From positions 32,001-96,000 of the forward strand of contig CBDBFU010000002.1 in NCBI GenBank assembly GCA_965205025.1: 64,000 nucleotides of DNA. The letters are read 5' to 3'. The position numbers and the translations under genes are program-made. This DNA is from Candidatus Poribacteria bacterium. GTDB lineage: Bacteria > Poribacteria > WGA-4E > WGA-3G. Of the stretch, positions 59,161-64,000 are shown one piece after another; position 1 is the stretch's first letter; each line of letters starts with the position of its first letter. Under the pieces are notes generated by a model. It saw only the letters and a list, made by a program, of their open reading frames with translations, searched no databases and was not told the origin of the DNA.

Positions 59161-61395
59161 ATGTCACGACTCACAGAACAAGAACAACAGGAAATCATCC
59201 GCTTCATAGAAGCAGACAAACCACTACCCGAAAAATACCGATTTCTACTATTTGAAGACAAACGCGAAGTAGAACTCGTTTGGAACGGCAAGACCAACGA
59301 AGTTTGCAACATTGTGCTGCCATTTCAGACAATTGAGCATGTAGATGAACCTCGTGCAGAATCCAATGAACAACTTGATCTTTTTGATATGCGTGGAAGA
59401 CAACAGAAAGGGTGGACAAACAAGTTAATCTGGGGTGACAACAAACTAATTTTATCATCACTCAAGAACGGACCGCTACGCGAGGTAATTGAAGCACAAG
59501 GCGGTCTCAAACTTATCTATATTGACCCACCCTTTGACGTAGGCGCGGATTTTTCTATGGATATTGAGATCGGTGAGGAGACCCTCACTAAAAAACCAAA
59601 CATCCTTGAAGAAATTGCCTATCGTGATACATGGGGAAAAGGTGCTGACTCATTTATGGCAATGATATATGAAAGACTAATTCTCATGCGTGACTTACTT
59701 GCAGATGATGGTAGTATTTATGTTCATTGTGATTGGCGAGTGAGTGGATATATACGACTTATATTGGATGAAGTATTTGGAAAGGACTACTTTCAAAATG
59801 AGATTATATGGCAAGGAGCTATAGGGGACACATCTGATAAGAACAAGAAATTTATCAAGTCACATGAGACCATTTACTTCTATCGTAGGAATAAGATATT
59901 ATGGAATGATGTTTTTCAAGAGTATAGTGATACAAGTAAGAAACTTTATAGGTTTGAAGATGAAAAAGGTCGTTATAGATTAGGACCTGTTGATAATCCA
60001 GGAGGAGGAGGTTACCTGTATGACCTCGGATTCGAAGAAAAACCCCCAGCAGGTGGATATAGAATGCCTCTTGAAACTGCTCTTATCTGGATTGAAAATG
60101 GTGAACTTTTTATTGAAAAAGGTAAAGTTCCTTCTAGAAAACTATACATGGGAGAGGGTGTTAGATGTCGTGATGTTTGGGTAGATATCAATTCCATACA
60201 AGGTTCCGAATATTTAAAATATCCAACACAAAAACCTGAAGCATTAATTGAACGTATTATCAAAGCATCCTCTAACGAAGGTGACCTTATTGCTGATTTC
60301 TTCTGTGGTTCTGGCACAACTGCCGCCGTTGCTGAAAAACTTGGGCGTAAATGGATCGTTACGGACCTCGGTAAGTTTGCTATCCACACAACACGCAAGC
60401 GGATGATAGGGGTTCAGCGGGAACTCAAAACAGATGGAAAAGATTATCGAGCCTTTGAAATCCTCAATCTCGGCAAATATGAACGTCAACACTACGTTGG
60501 CATCAATCCGAATCTACGAGAAGTTGAACAGCAGAAACAATTAGAGGAAAAAGAAAATGCATTTATGGAGTTAATCCTGCGTGCCTACGCTGCAGAAAAA
60601 GCTGAAGGCTTTGAAAGTTTTCAAGGTAAAAAAGCGGGTAGACTTATCGCCATCGGTCCCGTCAATTTACCCGTGACGCGTCTATTCATAGAGGAAATTA
60701 TCCTTGAATGCCGTAAGCATCAGATCACCCGTGTTGACGTTCTCGGATTTGAGTTTGAGATGGGACTATTCCCTAACCTGTTAGAAGAAGCGAAAAGCAA
60801 AGGTATTGACCTTGCACCGAAATACATCCCTGCCGAAGTATTTGACAAGCGTGCTGTGGAGCAAAATCAGGTTGTGTTTCATGATGTGGCATTTATTGAA
60901 GTTAAACCTCATGTAACAGCAGCAGAAAAAGATAAACCAACTACAGTAGCAGTAGAACTAACCGATTTTTCTGTCTTTTACTCCCAAGATTCTATCTCCG
61001 ATGCTACACAAACATTAAAGAACAAGAGCAGTAAGATCGTGGTGAAAGAGGGAAAGGTCATAAAGGTTAGCAAAGATGCAGATGGGATTGTTAGTCCTGA
61101 GGAGTTAACTAAGCACTGGACGGACTGGATTGATTATTGGTCAGTTGATTTTGACTTTGAGAGCAAACGCGAAATTATCCGCGTACAGAATCCTGATACA
61201 GAAGAATGGGAAGAACAGTGGTCAGGTGACTTTATCTTTGAGAATGAGTGGCAAAGTTTCCGCACCAAAAAAGATCGTTCTTTGGAGTTGACGAGTATAG
61301 CGCATGAATGTGAACCCGGCCCCCGCAAAATTGCAGTTAAGGTTGTAGACATTTTTGGTAACGATACGATGACAATTGTTGAGGTGACAATTTGA
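59161..61395 (+). CDS. mod: Beta-class amino-DNA methyltransferase (type III-like Mod) with long C-terminal extension
   Basis: LIWGDN, IYIDPPF (motif IV), YPTQKPE, DFFCGSGTT (motif I), C-terminal KVVDIFGND. Confidence 0.92.
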   Translation: MSRLTEQEQQEIIRFIEADKPLPEKYRFLLFEDKREVELVWNGKTNEVCNIVLPFQTIEHVDEPRAESNEQLDLFDMRGRQQKGWTNKLIWGDNKLILSSLKNGPLREVIEAQGGLKLIYIDPPFDVGADFSMDIEIGEETLTKKPNILEEIAYRDTWGKGADSFMAMIYERLILMRDLLADDGSIYVHCDWRVSGYIRLILDEVFGKDYFQNEIIWQGAIGDTSDKNKKFIKSHETIYFYRRNKILWNDVFQEYSDTSKKLYRFEDEKGRYRLGPVDNPGGGGYLYDLGFEEKPPAGGYRMPLETALIWIENGELFIEKGKVPSRKLYMGEGVRCRDVWVDINSIQGSEYLKYPTQKPEALIERIIKASSNEGDLIADFFCGSGTTAAVAEKLGRKWIVTDLGKFAIHTTRKRMIGVQRELKTDGKDYRAFEILNLGKYERQHYVGINPNLREVEQQKQLEEKENAFMELILRAYAAEKAEGFESFQGKKAGRLIAIGPVNLPVTRLFIEEIILECRKHQITRVDVLGFEFEMGLFPNLLEEAKSKGIDLAPKYIPAEVFDKRAVEQNQVVFHDVAFIEVKPHVTAAEKDKPTTVAVELTDFSVFYSQDSISDATQTLKNKSSKIVVKEGKVIKVSKDADGIVSPEELTKHWTDWIDYWSVDFDFESKREIIRVQNPDTEEWEEQWSGDFIFENEWQSFRTKKDRSLELTSIAHECEPGPRKIAVKVVDIFGNDTMTIVEVTI

Positions 61396-62954
61396 AAATA
61401 GAGTCAATACATTTACAGAATTTCAAGCGATTTACTGACTTGAAAATTCAAAACATTCCAGCGACAGCAAAATTAGTAGTACTTCTTGGACCTAACGGCT
61501 GTGGAAAATCATCTTTGTTTGATGCGCTACATCAAAAATCTTATGAGTATAGGCAAATAGGACACTCCAAAGATCCTGATTACTATTTTAAGATGTCGTC
61601 TACTACAATACAACAGCAAGTACCTCTTACTATTGAATTTCACAATGCTTCACAAGCCGATCTAAGAAAATCCATTTATGTGCGAACCGCCTACCGTAAT
61701 GATCCGGTGATAGATATTGGTTCGATACGAACAATGTCCTCGGTTTTGCAAGAGACAAGATTCATGAGGATGATTGAAAACGATGCTGCAGCTGGGACGA
61801 ATTTTCAAAGGCTTGCTTCTAATGCCCTTGAACGTGCGTATAGAAGAGAAGATCGCGCAAAAACTTTAGCGGACTTTCAAGACGAGACACTTGGTGAGAT
61901 TCAGGACGCTATGAGAAGACTTTTCCCTGATTTAGTCCTCAATAGTTTAGGAAATCCGCTTACGGACAGAAGTTTTACTTTTGACAAAGGAACAAGTAGA
62001 AACTTTCATTATAAGAATCTTTCCGGTGGAGAAAAGTCTGCTTTTGATTTGCTTCTTGACATTTTCGTCAAGAAAGTAGAATACGATGACACTGTGTTTT
62101 GTATAGACGAACCAGAAGCACACATGAATCCAAGATTACAAGGAAAACTCCTTGAAGAACTCTTTCGCCTTGTAGATGATAAATCGCAATTGTGGATTGC
62201 AACGCATGCGATCGGAATGATGCGAATGGCATTGAAATTGTACGAGCAACATAGAGATCAAGTTGTATTTCTTGATTTTACTGATGGAAACTTTGATGAT
62301 TCAGAAATTATAGAACCTGCCACACCCAATCGTAGATTCTGGGAACAAACACACGCGATTGCTTTAGACGACTTAGCTGCCCTGGTCGCCCCAGATCAAA
62401 TTATAATTTGCGAGGGAAAACAAGGAAGTGAAGGCTTTGACGCATCATGCTACAACTATATCTTTTCTGAAGAATTTCCGAATACAAAATTCGTTTCGGC
62501 AGGTGGGAAAAGAGACTTACAAAATTATATTTCAGTTGTTGAAGCCGTTACGATGGGGACAAAGGTCTTTGGACTCAGAGATTCTGATAGGAATACTTCA
62601 CCTGAAGATGTAGTCCGATTAGAAAAGGAAGGAATAAAGGTTCTACAACGTGGGAAAATCGAAAACTACCTGCTTGCTGATGATGTATTGGATGTCCTAT
62701 GTAAAAATAAGGGATTAGAACCTCATCCGGAAAAGGTAGCTGAATTGATAAAATTACGAGACAATGCTGAAGATATAAAAAGTGCTCCTATTCAAATCCG
62801 GAACAAGCTAGATAACTGGGGAGTGCACGGGGTCGGAGAAAATTATCAAGGCTTTCTGAGCAATACACTTGCTCCGTTAATCAAGCCAGGGATGCAAACT
62901 TACGATGACTTGAAAGAAATAATTTTTGGCAATGACCCCATGACAAATCAATAG
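61392..62954 (+). CDS. ABC-type ATPase + TOPRIM nuclease (OLD-like family)
   Basis: LQNFKRF, GPNGCGKS, LSGGEK, IDEPEAH, IATH; then ICEG, RDSD and IENY TOPRIM-like motifs. TTG start overlaps the mod stop. Confidence 0.82.
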   Translation: MKIESIHLQNFKRFTDLKIQNIPATAKLVVLLGPNGCGKSSLFDALHQKSYEYRQIGHSKDPDYYFKMSSTTIQQQVPLTIEFHNASQADLRKSIYVRTAYRNDPVIDIGSIRTMSSVLQETRFMRMIENDAAAGTNFQRLASNALERAYRREDRAKTLADFQDETLGEIQDAMRRLFPDLVLNSLGNPLTDRSFTFDKGTSRNFHYKNLSGGEKSAFDLLLDIFVKKVEYDDTVFCIDEPEAHMNPRLQGKLLEELFRLVDDKSQLWIATHAIGMMRMALKLYEQHRDQVVFLDFTDGNFDDSEIIEPATPNRRFWEQTHAIALDDLAALVAPDQIIICEGKQGSEGFDASCYNYIFSEEFPNTKFVSAGGKRDLQNYISVVEAVTMGTKVFGLRDSDRNTSPEDVVRLEKEGIKVLQRGKIENYLLADDVLDVLCKNKGLEPHPEKVAELIKLRDNAEDIKSAPIQIRNKLDNWGVHGVGENYQGFLSNTLAPLIKPGMQTYDDLKEIIFGNDPMTNQ

Positions 62955-63289
62955 AACTTATGCACTTCCTTTAAAATCATCTGATAAGGGCATTTAGGGG
63001 TGCGTTTTAGTGGACAGTCAAGTAAGTATATAGAAATGTAAAATCAGTAGGTACGGTACAGATATACAGTCAAAAAGATACATAACACCATAGGAAAGGT
63101 ATTTATCCTTACCCTTGATTACGAACCTTGTAAAATTGTAATACCATTTCTTTTTAAAATTTAAACAGTTCACATTACGAATACTCTTAGTAGTCCCTCT
63201 GATAAGGGGGATTTAGGGGATTTCTTCAATTGCAGGGTTCCTTCAGATGCTGGGGTTTCTTCAATTGCTAATGAACAATCATTATTTTG

Positions 63290-63830
63290 GATAAAATAAA
63301 AAAATGAAGAAAACATCTACCGCCAACAACTAACATACATATCACAATAATATAAAAATACTTGTCATAATGAAAATATAATTATACAATACTATATTGT
63401 TCAATAATTGTAAACCAAAACTAATAGGTTTTTAATAGGAATATGAGTCCGAAAAATAATGACACAAACTAAAAACCAATGACTATCTATAAAAACGATC
63501 CTAATTACGAAATTTCATTTACATCAAAAAAGCATCTCTTTTTAACGGGTGGGAATGTCAAAATCAGAAAGGACAACAGAAACACAAAATCACACATTTC
63601 TGATTTTTTTATAAATCAAGTTCAAAATGGCGTAAAGCAAGTCTATGACAGGGTTTATAGGGATAATTTACACGATTTTCAATGTCACACCGTGTGACAA
63701 AAAGTGTAACTTTTTTCATTTTTGCGACGCACAGAGTAATGCAACATCTACACAATCTATTGTCTAAGTATTTAGGATTAAATGTCTATTTTTATACCTC
63801 ATTTTCTTGCTATATATTAGGATTAAATAT
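63290..63830. repeat. Dispersed AT-rich repeat B (inverted copy; may continue to the window end)
   Basis: Reverse-complement match to 28900-29390 and to 53275-53420; contains TGTCACACCGTGTGACAAAAAGTGTAACTT. Confidence 0.8.
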
Positions 63831-64000
63831 CTGTTTTATACCTTTTCACAACATTCACAACAAGTTGTGAAAAATTTCAGAAATTATAAACCCTTCAAAA
63901 CCTATACCAGCACAGGGTTTGTCTTACAATATTTGATAAACTAAAAATCATGTTAAAAAAATAATGAAAATTAGACTAAATCTCCTAAACCCTTTCTACA

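Noticed and set aside
46-62613. Numerous short antisense or out-of-frame ORFs overlapping long genes (e.g. 15619-16215, 20224-20733, 2213-2698)
   Set aside because: They are shadows of well-supported genes and have no motifs of their own.
62955-63260. CTGATAAGGG(G/C)ATTTAGGGG duplicated motif downstream of the OLD-like gene
   Set aside because: Two short degenerate copies only; probably remnants of another REP-like family, too little to define an element.

Overview
AT-rich bacterial chromosomal window, most likely Candidatus Poribacteria or a relative. This is an inference from the recurrent C-terminal 'TTWGKIK'-type tails, the PhyH dioxygenase, the giant Ig-like and TPR proteins, and the PorX/PorV homologues. 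The left half is largely housekeeping: a sensor kinase plus PorX-like regulator, RNase G/E, rplU-rpmA, OmpA, guaA, an aminotransferase, a 1564-aa TPR protein, ECF sigma/anti-sigma, dprA, livG/livF-like ATPases, lgt, proA, moaDE and argE. From about 25 to 32 kb the intergenic DNA carries nested REP- and MITE-like repeats. It also holds an orphan module: a chimeric antitoxin followed by an ORF fusing a toxin-like N-terminal stub, an intact-looking Cas2 domain and a SWIM zinc finger, with no cas1 or array in the window. The 34-50 kb region encodes secreted proteins with a shared C-terminal tail, nadA, and a 3660-aa Ig-repeat protein with a T9SS-like C-terminal domain next to a PorV-family gene. 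The right end is a defence island bracketed by inverted partial copies of a long AT-rich repeat. It contains a frameshifted type III-like Res, an inserted ParA-like ATPase plus HEPN (Rx4H) pair, a membrane protein, a methyltransferase and an ABC-ATPase/TOPRIM (OLD-like) nuclease. No rRNA, tRNA, CRISPR array, integrase or intact transposase was recognised. All assignments are from motif reading by eye; no searches were run.
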